A DNA stretch of 64,000 bases from Cystobasidiomycetes sp. EMM_F5 (taxonomy: Eukaryota): positions 1 through 64,000 of the forward strand of contig JBPGPT010000024.1 of NCBI GenBank assembly GCA_051047955.1, written 5' to 3'. Position numbers and translations under genes: made by a program. Under the pieces are notes generated by a model. The model was not told the DNA's origin. It ran no database searches and saw nothing but the letters and a program-made list of their open reading frames with translations. Within the stretch, counting starts at the first letter, position 1; each line of letters begins with the position of its first letter. Shown piece after piece: positions 39,985 through 52,990 of this stretch.

Positions 39985-40456
39985 CTACTGGTAGGGCTGA
40001 CGCCGCTGGAGTGGACTGACCAGTGCTACTCCAGTGAGCTGACTCAGCGAGAGACCGGTCCACCTTGCGACTGGTATGCAGTGGCTCCGCTGAGGAGGCC
40101 GTTTGTGTACCAGGTGCAATTTGATTTGCGGTCTGGACCACATAGTCCCTATTTGTTCGCTCTTAACCGCCGACCCGGTAATTTCTGCGTAATCGCTCGG
40201 CTGAGATACTGTGCACGGACCAAGTACTGCGCACCAACCCTTCTGCTTGTCTTGCGTGAGGGTAACTTGGTCGAAACCAAGGGTGCCAGCTAACAGTTGT
40301 AGACTCGGCAGCTACGAACAAGTCCCACAGCTGACCGTCAACGGACGATCTTCCAAAGACTTCAAACACCTTTCGAGATTTTGGATGAGCAAAGTAGAGA
40401 AAGTCGTTCTTGCTGATCAACATGTCCGGCTTGATGCGAAAGATCTGCTCCGACAT
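39985..40456 (-). CDS. Orphan 'LYFxHP' family member 1 (most diverged; two exons)
   Basis: MSEQIFRIKPDMLISKNDFLYFAHPKSRKVFEV..VDG. A ~52-nt intron (gttagc...ctcac...aagcag) restores KGWCAVLGPCTV...PVARWT, matching LGPNTV and RW in the paralogs. Confidence 0.55.
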
Positions 40457-40796
40457 GAGTGCCGATATGGCAACCAACAGATCATCCTGGACAGGATGAA
40501 CGTGGACGTGAGCGCTAAGCCGTAATTGATATCGCCACGGCTGTCGTAAATGCTGTGCATGTTATGCGCGTGGCCTACTGATGATCTAAGCGTTTTGGGA
40601 AGATGAAACACAGCTGACAGGAGCAAGTGGAATCATTCGTATTGGCAAGATTTGTCAAGTGGATCGAGCTATTCAACACCAAACGTATTGTCGCAGATTG
40701 TATGTAAGTGTTTGTCATTTGACTAAGAGGGTGTCTAGTTCGGAACATAACAGAGTACAAACAGGTCAGGGATGATGATCTAAGAATACGTACTGC

Positions 40797-41273
40797 TTAT
40801 TTTGCCCCTCCTCGCCTTCGCTTCATCGGCCTGCGCTGGCCAGCGACCACTCGAGCGGGTTGCCTTGTCGGAGTCGTGTTGGCACCGCGTCCTTCTGCCC
40901 AATCCTGAATAGTTTCTGAAGTCCAGCGTGATGTGTAGACTGGTGGGCCGCGTGCACCGGGTGCAAAAGAACCTTGACCGCTACCCGCAGCCATCCTGCC
41001 AGGTGGACGTACAGTGTTAGGTCCAAGTCGAGCATAGTTTTTCTTACTGTCGTCACCGTACTCCGATATTGCGACTTGATGGTAGCCTTGTGTTCCAATG
41101 AGGTCCTTCATGGTAGGCATCTCTTTCCCGTCGACCAGGTATGGGTCATCGGAGACAGCAGCGTACAGTGAGTAGACAGACCTGGTGAATGGGTGGGTGA
41201 AATATAAGAGTTTGTCATGCTCATGTACAAGAGCCTGGCTGACGGGCATGGGGTGTTTAAATGGGCGGGGCAT
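40797..41273 (-). CDS. Orphan 'LYFxHP' family member 2 (158 aa, intronless CDS)
   Basis: Aligns end to end with 42100-42579: LYFTHP..SVYSL..LVDG..MPT.K.L.GT.GYH.V.ISEYG..YARLGPNTVRPPG..GSGQGS; Arg-rich C-terminus. Confidence 0.85.
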   Translation of the reverse strand: MPRPFKHPMPVSQALVHEHDKLLYFTHPFTRSVYSLYAAVSDDPYLVDGKEMPTMKDLIGTQGYHQVAISEYGDDSKKNYARLGPNTVRPPGRMAAGSGQGSFAPGARGPPVYTSRWTSETIQDWAEGRGANTTPTRQPARVVAGQRRPMKRRRGGAK

Positions 41274-42099
41274 TCGAGAGCGGTGACTGTGAGGTGGAGC
41301 GGGGGAATATGCAAACGACTTACGAGTGGTGAGCAAGAAGGCAGAGGAGAATCAAGGAGCTGGACAGGTGTGGTTTCATGACCTGGAGACCTAATGTCGG
41401 CGGTGTGCTTAGTCCACCACAACAAAGGCCAGAACCCTACGCGAGACACTGCCGCAGGGGTCTTCGGCAGTCGATTGGCATTGCCTTGGATCATGGAAAG
41501 GAGAGCAGTGTCTAAGGACACTAAATACGGGGGGATTTCATGACAATCCCGCGCAAATCTTATGCTAGTAGCCCTTCTCGCGGTGATTGCGAGTTTTAGT
41601 GTATGAGTTTCAGTATTGAGTGTTTATCGAAAATAGTCTAGACCACGCCATGGTCGCGATGCGTAATGCGTTATTTTAGCCACCTGTATGCGTCCAAATA
41701 GGTTCTAGCGAACGCCAGAGCACCTTGGGCGGTCGCGAGCCCGCACTGGATGACATGTATTCGGCTTGATGCGCAAGACCTGCGCAGGCATCAGCGCCGG
41801 CTCTGAAGCCAGAAGGTCAGCCTGGACAGGGTGAACGTAAGCGTGAATGCAATTCTGAAATGTGGTCATATTTTTTGTTGGTGCTCGTGGCTTTGGTGAC
41901 GACTTTGCGGAACAAAGCTGGCGTGAGGAAATAGGACTTTCGCAACGGTTCGATGTGATAAATGGATGAGCTAGTCAAAAACCAATGTTTTGTTGCAGAA
42001 TATAAGAAAGCGATTGTCATTGTCAGAGAGTATCGCATTAGGAACATGACGGAGTAGAGACAGATCAGCGATGACAGTCGGTCTAGGAGTGTGTGCTGT

Positions 42100-42579
42100 T
42101 CATTTGCCCCCTCTTGGCCTCCGCCTTCCTGGCCTGCGCTGTCCAGCAATGATCTGCGCAGGCTTTCTGGACGCGAGCCCTGAAGCAGAGTCTGCTGCCC
42201 AATTCTTGATCGCAGATGCATCCCACCGCGCACGAAAGACTGGCTGGCCACCAGATCCGGGACCAGACGAACCTTGCCCGCTACCCTTGGCAGCCCATCC
42301 AGGTGGACGTACAGTGTTAGGTCCAAGACGAGCATAGTAGCCACTAGTGGTACCGCCACCACCATACTCTGATATTGTGACTCGATGGTAGCCGGCTGTT
42401 CCAACGAGTTCCTTCAGGGTAGGCATACCTGTTCCATCAACCAGACTTGAGCTCTGGGAGACATCCCCGCATAGCGAGTAGACCGATTTGGTGCCAGGGT
42501 GTGTAAAGTATAGTTTCCCATTACGTTCATGACAAACTGCCTGAGCTATATCTAGCGGGTAAGGGTAACCTCCGGGCAT
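42100..42579 (-). CDS. Orphan 'LYFxHP' family member 3 (159 aa, intronless CDS)
   Basis: Clear paralog of 40797-41273 with the reading frame preserved despite divergence; C-terminus AGQRRPGRRRPRGGK. Confidence 0.85.
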   Translation of the reverse strand: MPGGYPYPLDIAQAVCHERNGKLYFTHPGTKSVYSLCGDVSQSSSLVDGTGMPTLKELVGTAGYHRVTISEYGGGGTTSGYYARLGPNTVRPPGWAAKGSGQGSSGPGSGGQPVFRARWDASAIKNWAADSASGLASRKPAQIIAGQRRPGRRRPRGGK

Positions 42580-43059
42580 CCTGACGGCTGCTCGGATTGT
42601 GGTTGAGACAATATGTAGGGTGATCGTTGGACGAGGACGTAGTAGAGAGCGAGTTGTACAGAGTAAGAGGGCAAGAGCAGATAGGAGGAGCTGGACACGT
42701 GTGTGTGTATAGCTGCCGCGGCGCTGTAAATGTCACTACTGATGTCAGCGGTGTGTATCCACAGCCCATGCCTGGACACTCGCGCGAAGCACCCGTGAAG
42801 GGTCATCGCTATGGGCATATAGCACTGCCTTCTGGTTCATTTGTGTGAAACGCTACGCGGCATCATACTGCTGGAATTCATACCCCGTTAGCAAATCTCT
42901 CGCGGTATATGCCAGTCGTCAGTCATCAGTGTCAGTCCGAGTCCTGTTCAAGCTTGTGCCAAACTTGCCAGACTTGCGGTATTGTCGCCACTTGAACGCG
43001 TCCATCCAAATAGGTCCTGGCCAAATCAAAAGCAACCTTGATTTGCGAGCCCGCACTGG

Positions 43060-45172
<2,113 letters not shown>

Positions 45173-45458
45173 GTGGTACGGTGTACGACGGTTGACAAGT
45201 GATCGTCGGATATCTCGCCATATTCGTGTAATGTAGTGCGAGTCTCCGCATCGTGTCGACGTTGAAACGCGCAGAAGTACAAGGATGTTTCTTCAGCCTA
45301 TCTGTAACACTAGACTGGTTAGCCTAAGAATTTCGCTGTTGTCCGATCTATCACTTGACTGAGCGCATCCCAAACCATGAGCTTGAAATAAGGGTGACCT
45401 CAGCCGTAATACCACGTCTGCCAATTACTGCTGCCAGTGAAAAGGCGCATCACCAATC

Positions 45459-47370
45459 ATGGCTGCACCTGGCCCAAACTCTGGCGTCCCGCAGCTGGTC
45501 CCCCCGCCAACGCCGGGCTCAGCGTCAAGCAGCAGCGACCAGCAGACCCGTCTCCAGATTCTAGCATCGCTGTTCCCGCCAGGATGTGAGTATACTGGCA
45601 TACATTGAAGACTTTAATATAGCTGACGATGTCCGCTTCAACAGCCCAGAACGGGGGATACATTGCACATCTCAAGACGTGGGAAGAAGTGCCCGGAGCA
45701 CCGCAGAACTCGCAGGACAGCAAGAAGCCGAGGTATATCCTCCTCGCAGTGCACAGCGATGGCCAGTGCAAGATCTACAAGTCGAAACGCAATCAGAACG
45801 GTACTTTCTCTATCGGCAAGGTGTGGGGCCTCGAGGAACTCCGAGCTCTCGAAGTACATGTAAGCGATGGCTTGTAGGGTAGTTCGTGTACGCATCAAGC
45901 CACTAAATATGTCCCGCAGAAACCTCGCCCAATCAGCGGTCATCAGAACATGACGGCTCCCTGCTTCACCATCACTATCAATGCAAAGTCGTATCTATGG
46001 GAGACCGAGTCTAATCGGCAACAGGATGACTTTCTCGTAACCCTCGTTCGCTCGTTCCGTCAATTCACTGGCGGAAGCGCTCCACGCATGATTGGCTTTC
46101 AAGTCGGCGAAATACCAGGCGCACCTGCCGCGTACGAAGTGCCGACACAAGGGGGAGGAATGGCCACACCGACTACTGGTGCGTCACCAGCCATGAGCGC
46201 TAGCCCGCCTATGGGCCGCCGTCCGTCTGGCAGGCCTGATACTGCAGCTTCGATAATGTCTGGCGACTCCAGCCTCTATCCTGCTCGTGTGCAAGGACAG
46301 TCTGCACAGATGCTAGGTCCGTCGCCATCAGGAACGTCTCTCGACCCTACATACAACCCCGGAGGTTTCGCTCAAACGGTCGGCATGAAGCCTTCTGTAT
46401 CGGCCAATTCTAGCCTCAATGCAGGGAGAAGTCCGGTGCCGCCATCTCACTCGCTGCCAGCAATGGACAGAGCACCATCTCCAAGACAAGCGCCAGCACG
46501 GCCAGACTCGCCGGCTCCTCTCGGACCTCGGCAAATGCCATCTCAAAGTAGTCTCAAGAATGGTATGACTGCGCCCATCGCTTCACCTGGATCTTTCAGG
46601 CCGCCTCTGCCAATGTCAGCTAGTGGTTCTCCTGCAATGCTACAGCAGTCCTCCCCTCCCTTGAGACAACAAGCGCAGCCGCTGCCACTCGCAGCTCCTC
46701 CCGTACAGAAACGTAGTACAACTCCTACAGGTCCACGTGCCGTAGCTCCAGTCACTCCCGGCAGCGTAAGTGCTAGCACTGCACAGCCGGCAAGAAAGAA
46801 CTCCGCCAACGTACCGAGCGGGCCCGTGCGCCGTGGTAGTGAAGCCGTCGGTACAGGTTACGGAGCATCGCCTTTAGACGAGCAGACTGCTGCAGCCAAT
46901 GCTGCCGCGCTGTTAGGTCAGGACGGTGCCAAGCAGTCTGACGATAGCGATGGCATGCTCGTCAACGTGGAAGAAATGCTCGAAGGTCTGGAGTGGGGCA
47001 GAGCAAGCGGGCAAGGCGGTCGAGGGTCCGCTGGAGAGATTGAACAGCGCTTGCTGAGCGAACTCAGCGCTCTCGAAGCTGCTGGTATACATGCTATCAT
47101 CGAAAGCGATGACAGAGTCAACGATGTCGTCAAGTATCTAGACAACGCCCTCGCTGAAGTAGACCGGATGGACCAAATGCTAACGCTATACAGGACACAT
47201 CTCAACGTGAGTTCGTCGTCCTCAATTGAAATCACAACACTCATTACTTGTATGAGCAGGCCGTGTCAGATGACATCAACTACATCGAGTCGCAGAGCAA
47301 GGGTCTTCAGATCCAATCGAGCAACCAGAGAGCATTGTTGGCGGAGCTCGAGAAGAATTTGCTCCGATAG
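45459..47370 (+). CDS. SEC3: Exocyst subunit Sec3, apparently C-terminally truncated (PH domain, linker and first coiled coil only)
   Basis: Sec3 PIP2-binding PH domain (YIAHLKTWEE..KKPRYILLAV..IYKSKRNQNGTFSIGKVWGLEELRALEV); IEQRLLSELSALEAAGIHAIIESDDRV; after intron 47207-47259, AVSDDINYIESQSKGLQIQSSNQRALLAELEKNLLR*. Confidence 0.85.
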
Positions 47371-47436
47371 GTTGGTCATCGATACAAAGCATACTGCCTA
47401 TCCGAGACCCCTCGCCTACTGCCTTTCGCTATGCGT

Positions 47437-48306
47437 TCACTCATCCACCGTTTCGACACTAAAATCGAATGCATGACCAACATTCGCGTTGAGGGCCATC
47501 ACGCTAGAGACAGCCAACTCGCTGAAGCTCATCCATTTCTCTGGAAGAATCAAGATCACTCGCTGCATATTGGCCAGCTGAACCTTGCGTTCGACAGCAC
47601 TGCCGACACTGGCGGCCCTTGGCAGGAGAAAGGCGTGGAGTCCGGTGAAGAAATCCTCTAGATCACGTTTGTAGCGCCAGCCGAAAGGCGCTCGACATAC
47701 GAGTGGACCTCTGCCCATTCCATACTTGCTCTCGCCATCGGCAATGAAGGCAGACCAATCGATGATGATTGTCCGTGTTGTTACGCAAGACGAAAGCGTC
47801 GCAAGCACCGAGGGCAGATCTGGCGCACGCGATACAGCAATAAAAGCAACGCAGGTTGCACTAAGGCCGTAGATTGGAGGATCCTGCGACGGTGTCATGT
47901 TGGCGACGCTGTCCGCCAAAGGATGTAGCTTTAAATCCACAAAGCGTAGAGTCTCTGGATGCCGAGCAACGCTGCCCACTTTTGGTACCAACAGCGGCTC
48001 GGGACACTCAAGCACGCCAATTCGGAGATCCCGGAGGCGCTTGAACGGATACATACCAGCATCCATACCGAAGTCGTTTATCTCGTTGAGGATATCCAGG
48101 AATTGCCATGCTTCCTGTGTCTCCGCTAAATATACATCCAGGGTATTTATACTCGCCATCACAACCATAATGCGTCTCCGTCCTGTCAAGATACATGTTT
48201 TTCAGTACTAACGTCAAGATCCTGCCGCTTACCGACCTTGTGTAGTGGCACTGGTCCACGCCTCCGTCAATTTCGCAAGCTGCTCTGAGCTACTGACTTT
48301 GACCAT
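47437..48306 (-). CDS. F-box-like array copy 1; N-terminal F-box helices missing (possible pseudogene or variant)
   Basis: PHVYRMVKVSSSEQLAKLTEAW matches the post-F-box segment of the other copies; family intron present (gtaagc...ttgacag); conserved C-terminus ILILPEKW...LN..VGHAFDFSVE. In-frame TGA just upstream of PHVY. Confidence 0.6.
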
Positions 48307-48560
48307 TCGATAGACGTGCGGGGAATCTTGGAAGTGTCAGTACGAAGACAAGCCGTGATACTGGAATAGCAGACACCGTCCAACAGTGCCCGATGATAGC
48401 GGGCAGCGGTCTGACCGTCTTTAGCAGGGCAGCTGCAATAAAAAACATGCTTATGTGACTAAGAAAGCACGGTGGCGGTGTTGATAGCTATTTCCTTCTC
48501 ATGCTCAAAATCACCTGCCAGATCAGTGATTCCCACTGTCAAACAGCGTAACTCCGAAGC

Positions 48561-49627
48561 TCAGCAGACTCCATTTTTGCGCTGCCGCAGCTCCGCTGTG
48601 AAGCAGTCTGACACTTCCACCTATGAGATCAAGTCATTGATCGCCCTGTGTCATTACCACAGGAAGCTGTTCCTCTCGCTGACCCTCTCCTCGATTTTCA
48701 GAATAAACACGTTTTCTGCGCTCCCATTGAGCTTTGCCACTGTCTCGACGGCTGCTTCACCAAGTCGGACCCACGCTCTTGGTAGGGTCAGGATTACATT
48801 GCGCAATTCCGGGCAATACTGCACGAAGTCGCCTATTACCGGATGTAGACGAGAGTAGAGGCCAGCAAAGAAGAGCTCAATAGCTTCGGCATGCATTCGC
48901 TCAAATCCCCAATAGTCCATCATGTGTGCTGAGGCCAAGTCTTTGCTAGCCCTACGAGATATATAGCTCGACCAATCCACCCTCACGGATCGCAGATTCG
49001 GGCAGCCGTACAGAACGGAAACGATGGAGTCTAAGCAGGGTGCGTCCATTATGACAGCGAACGTGATGCTGGTTGCGCATGTTTGCTCGCCGAACGCAAT
49101 TGTGCGGGAATCCCAGCGGGGTGTTTTAAAGGAAAGATCCGCGAAACCTAGCTTCCGCAGCGACCGGGCCATCGGCCACACATAACGACGGAAAAGGTCT
49201 TCGCTTGTCGGTAGCCGGCCAATGTACAGGCGGTGAAGGCGACGGAACAAATTCTGGCCTTCCGATGACATCGCCTCGAAAGTCTGCACACAATCATTTG
49301 CTGCCCCAACAGCTTCAAAGTAGATGGAAATTTCTTGCACATTGGCGAGAATATGCAGGATACGGCATCTCGCTAAAAGATCGTACCTGCAAGGCGTCAG
49401 ACGCTAGTTTGAAACCCGGTTGCGGCCGTACCTTGGGTATCTCTGCTTTGCCATGCTTCACGCAGCTTGGACACCTGTATGGCGTTCACGATATCGATAA
49501 CCCGGTACATATGTGGAACTGCAATGGCATAGCTTGCATGCGACAAATACGCTACCGTCCTGATTGTCGCTGGATCGGCGTGCTTGTACACAATGTTCAA
49601 GATATCGGCAGTCACACGTCTTGACAT
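48561..49627 (-). CDS. F-box-like array copy 2
   Basis: MSRRVTADILNIVYKHADPATIRTVAYLSHASYAIAVPHMYR; family intron; ILTLPRAWVRLGEAAV. A probable last intron gives the end VEVSDCFTAELRQRKNGVC* (unspliced stop at 48654). Confidence 0.75.
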
Positions 49628-50014
49628 ATTGAGCAATTCAGGTCGTTCGGTCAGAAGGATGGAAAGCAACCGGTCCTGATCTGGCCATGATGCTATCGCT
49701 CGATTGTCCAGCACGGTAAAACGGAGGCCTGTCGCGCGTTACGCGCATGTCACAAGCTGGTTGTCTGTTTACTTCCGGTCTTGCGGCGACGGTAATCAGT
49801 AATGCCTTTCAATTGAAGGCATGTTGGCGGGTCTGATGTACAGGCAAGCCTCGTGTTCAGCAGCAAATGGGCTAGTTTCGTCGCTGCGCAATGTCAGCGG
49901 GGGAAAGGGCTTCATTTCTCGCAATACACCCTTTTGGGTGTACAGGCCATGTTGGCATTGGCACTTCGCTGCGTTCCGGCACAAGAATACAAGAGTCGAT
50001 ACTTGACATTACCG

Positions 50015-51005
50015 CTAGCCTTGTGGGATACTTTGCTCCAATCTCAAATCGAAGGCGAAGCCAGCTGTCGCATTCAAGCTTGTCGTACTCTTGACGGCTG
50101 CTTCACCAAGTCGTATCCAAGCTCTTGGAAGCTTGAGTATTATGGCAGGCTTGTTGGATAGAGAGCTCGCAATTGGCGCATAAGCGTGCAGGGCATCGAA
50201 GAACCGTTCTATGCTCCTACTGTACCGATCTTCGAAGGCGAAGACGCGGTGCACGCCAGCGTTGGCGAGTTCCTCGCGAGCTAGCCGGAGAATATGCGCG
50301 GACCAATCAAAGCAAATCGTCTGCCCTTTGAGTAACATCGGTAGGAGCAATTGAATAGACTGGCGATGTGGCGGCTGCTGTGATGCAGCGAATGTCACGC
50401 AGTTTGCGGAAGTCCAGTGACCTGCCTGAATATTAGGCGATGGCCAGCCGTCTCTAGAGGTATGCCAGAGACGAAGGTCCACGAGCGTCAAGCTTGTACA
50501 CCGCTGAACGATCGGGCAGACATGCTCGTAGAACGCTGCATGCGACATCGAAAGATTTGCAAGAAACACGTGTTCCAAGTTACAGCGACGTTGTCGTCCC
50601 TCCTCCTGCTCAAAAGATATAATATTTTTGAAGACGCTCAATGCTGACAGAGTTTGCGTGGCTCTCGGATCAATCTCGTTCAAATCGATACGGAGGATGG
50701 TGATGTTGGCTAAAATGCCTAAGATGCGCTGTCTGTCTGGTCAACATCAAGCAATCAATCGCACGGCGTCTTTTCACCAGACAACTACGAGCAGAAGGCG
50801 GACCTGCAAGATCCCCAGCTTCCCATACTGTCCAAAGTTTCGCAGTCTGCTCGGGACTTGTGATATGTAACGATGGGAACATATACATGCATGCCACTTG
50901 ATAGCATTGTCTTGAGAGGCACGCGATGGTACGGAGCGTTCCCGTACTAGCATGCCTGCAGATCAAACTGATAATGTCGATGTTGAGCCTGAATGCTGTT
51001 GTCAT
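50015..51005 (-). CDS. F-box-like array copy 3
   Basis: MTTAFRLNIDIISLICRHASTGTLRTIACLSRQCYQVAC; intron gtccgc...ttgaccag joins to DRQRILGILA; close paralog of copy 4. Confidence 0.8.
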
Positions 51006-51215
51006 ATCGGACGATGTATCCTCAGCGGTGGGAAGAAGGCAGAAAGTGAGTAGCATGACTCGCGTAGCCGCACTTCGCTCAGGACGTTTTCAACGGTAGT
51101 ACGGTCAGGTTGACAATATGACACAGTCCGGCGGCTCACGTGAAAGAACCTGCTGTGTAATACCGATAGCGCATTGGAAGTATAGCCAAAATGAGAGGAC
51201 GGTACTTAACAATAC

Positions 51216-52247
51216 CTAATCGCTGCAGCTTGTAGCACTTTGCTCCACTTTGATATCGAAAGCGAAGCCAGCTGTCTCATTCAAGCTTGTCGTATTTCTG
51301 ACCGCTGCTTCACCTAGTTGTACCCAAGCCTTTGGCAGCATGAGTATTATGGTGGGCTTGCGAGACAGAGGTCCGAGAAAATTCATGGCGTCACCGTCAG
51401 ACCTACGATTGGCCAACACATGAGCGTGCAGACCGCCAAAAAACCGTTCCAGATCTCCTTTGTACCGCTCTGAGAAAGCGAAGACACGATATAAGCCAGA
51501 AGGGCCAGCCTTGCCGAGTTCCTCGCGAGCTAGCCGGAGGAGATAAGCGGACCAGTCAAAGACGATCGATCGCGCCTTAACAAACATTGGAAGCACCAAT
51601 ACAATAGACTGACGATGTGGTTGCTGCCGTGACGCAGCGAATGTGACGCAATCGGCGGATACCCAATGTCCAGCCTGAATATTGGGTGATGGCCAGTCGG
51701 CAGTATCACGGTCTTGAGACAGAAAGAGATCCACGAGTGTTAAGGTCGCAGACTGCTGAGCAATCGGGCACACGTGCTTATAGAAAGCTGTAGCCGGCAT
51801 CTCGAGGTTTGCAAGGAATGCATGGTGCAGGTTGCGAAAAGGTTCGCATCCTTTCTCCTGCTTCTCAGAGATGATGCTTGTCACGATGTCCAGTGCCGAT
51901 AGAGTCACCACCGGAGCAGTTTTCCCTAATTCGATGCTGATCTCCTTGACAGTGGCCAGAATGCCCAAAATGCGCTGTTTGTCTGATAATGATACAATCA
52001 ATCTCCTCGTATTCACGGCAAGACAAGTATGAACAGTAGGCTGACCTGCGAGATTTCCAGCCTCCCATGTTGTCCAGAGTTTTGCAGTCTGCCCGGAACT
52101 TGTGATACGCAATGATGGCACCATGTGCATGCGAGCCACTTGATAGCACTGTCTTGATAGACATGCTATCATAAGCAGAGTGTTCGTATTAGCATGCTTG
52201 CAGACCACGCTGAAGATGTCGAGGTTGGTTTTGGAGGTCGTTGCCAT
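51216..52247 (-). CDS. F-box-like array copy 4
   Basis: MATTSKTNLDIFSVVCKHANTNTLLMIACLSRQCYQVAR; in-frame family intron (gtcagc...tatcag); ILMLPKAWVQLGEAAV. Confidence 0.8.
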   Translation of the reverse strand: MATTSKTNLDIFSVVCKHANTNTLLMIACLSRQCYQVARMHMVPSLRITSSGQTAKLWTTWEAGNLAGQPTVHTCLAVNTRRLIVSLSDKQRILGILATVKEISIELGKTAPVVTLSALDIVTSIISEKQEKGCEPFRNLHHAFLANLEMPATAFYKHVCPIAQQSATLTLVDLFLSQDRDTADWPSPNIQAGHWVSADCVTFAASRQQPHRQSIVLVLPMFVKARSIVFDWSAYLLRLAREELGKAGPSGLYRVFAFSERYKGDLERFFGGLHAHVLANRRSDGDAMNFLGPLSRKPTIILMLPKAWVQLGEAAVRNTTSLNETAGFAFDIKVEQSATSCSD

Positions 52248-52990
52248 ATCGAACGACCTACTGAATCTTTAATAGTGAGAAGAAGAGTGCGTAGAGAAAC
52301 GACTCATCCGCCGCATATCTTGCAGTCGCAATTGCAGTACGGTCACACCGTCTCACAGTTCGGCCCGCGATGTCGGGTCGGTTGAGTAGGAAACGGCTGT
52401 GTGTGTGTGCAGTAGCTTCGATGTTGTACGGAGTGGAGGATCGCACTGCGGGCCGATTTGGGCGGGGTTCTGCGCGTGTGCATCGGCTCGAGACCGCTCT
52501 GTTTGGGCAAAAATTGCTTAGCTTTCGCGACTCGCAATTGCGGCCGCTGGCCCCTCACGCAAGCATTTTACATCATGTCGCTTGAGCTTGAATTGACGGC
52601 ATCCTTACAGTTCGGACATTCTCCACTGTACGCGTTTTCAGTTACGTAACTCGTATCGACCGATTGACGCCACTATCCCAGCACTGAAGTCAGCTCATGG
52701 CAGCGCTCGTATGTGTGTATATTCGGATCGTGATCGACGGCTCGACGATATAGTCAGCTATGTAGAAATGTTCGTCTAAGAAACGGCGGATGGGTGGATT
52801 ACCATTGACCGAGCAATCGGCTGAGAATGACGAGAAGCATGTGTCGAGCATGCTATTCATAGCTATGAGGATTATTCGGCGTCACGTCAAGCGCTCCGTC
52901 CCGGGGGTGTCGTGAAAATATGTCGTCAAAAGCGGGTCTAAAGTCCATCGCAAAATCCGTCACTGCCCCATCTATCTTTTGACCCTAACT

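Noticed and set aside
41817..42404. Alternate-frame ORFs similar between the two duplicated genes (also 40823-41098)
   Set aside because: Similarity follows from the DNA duplication; lengths and stops are not conserved, unlike the main frame.
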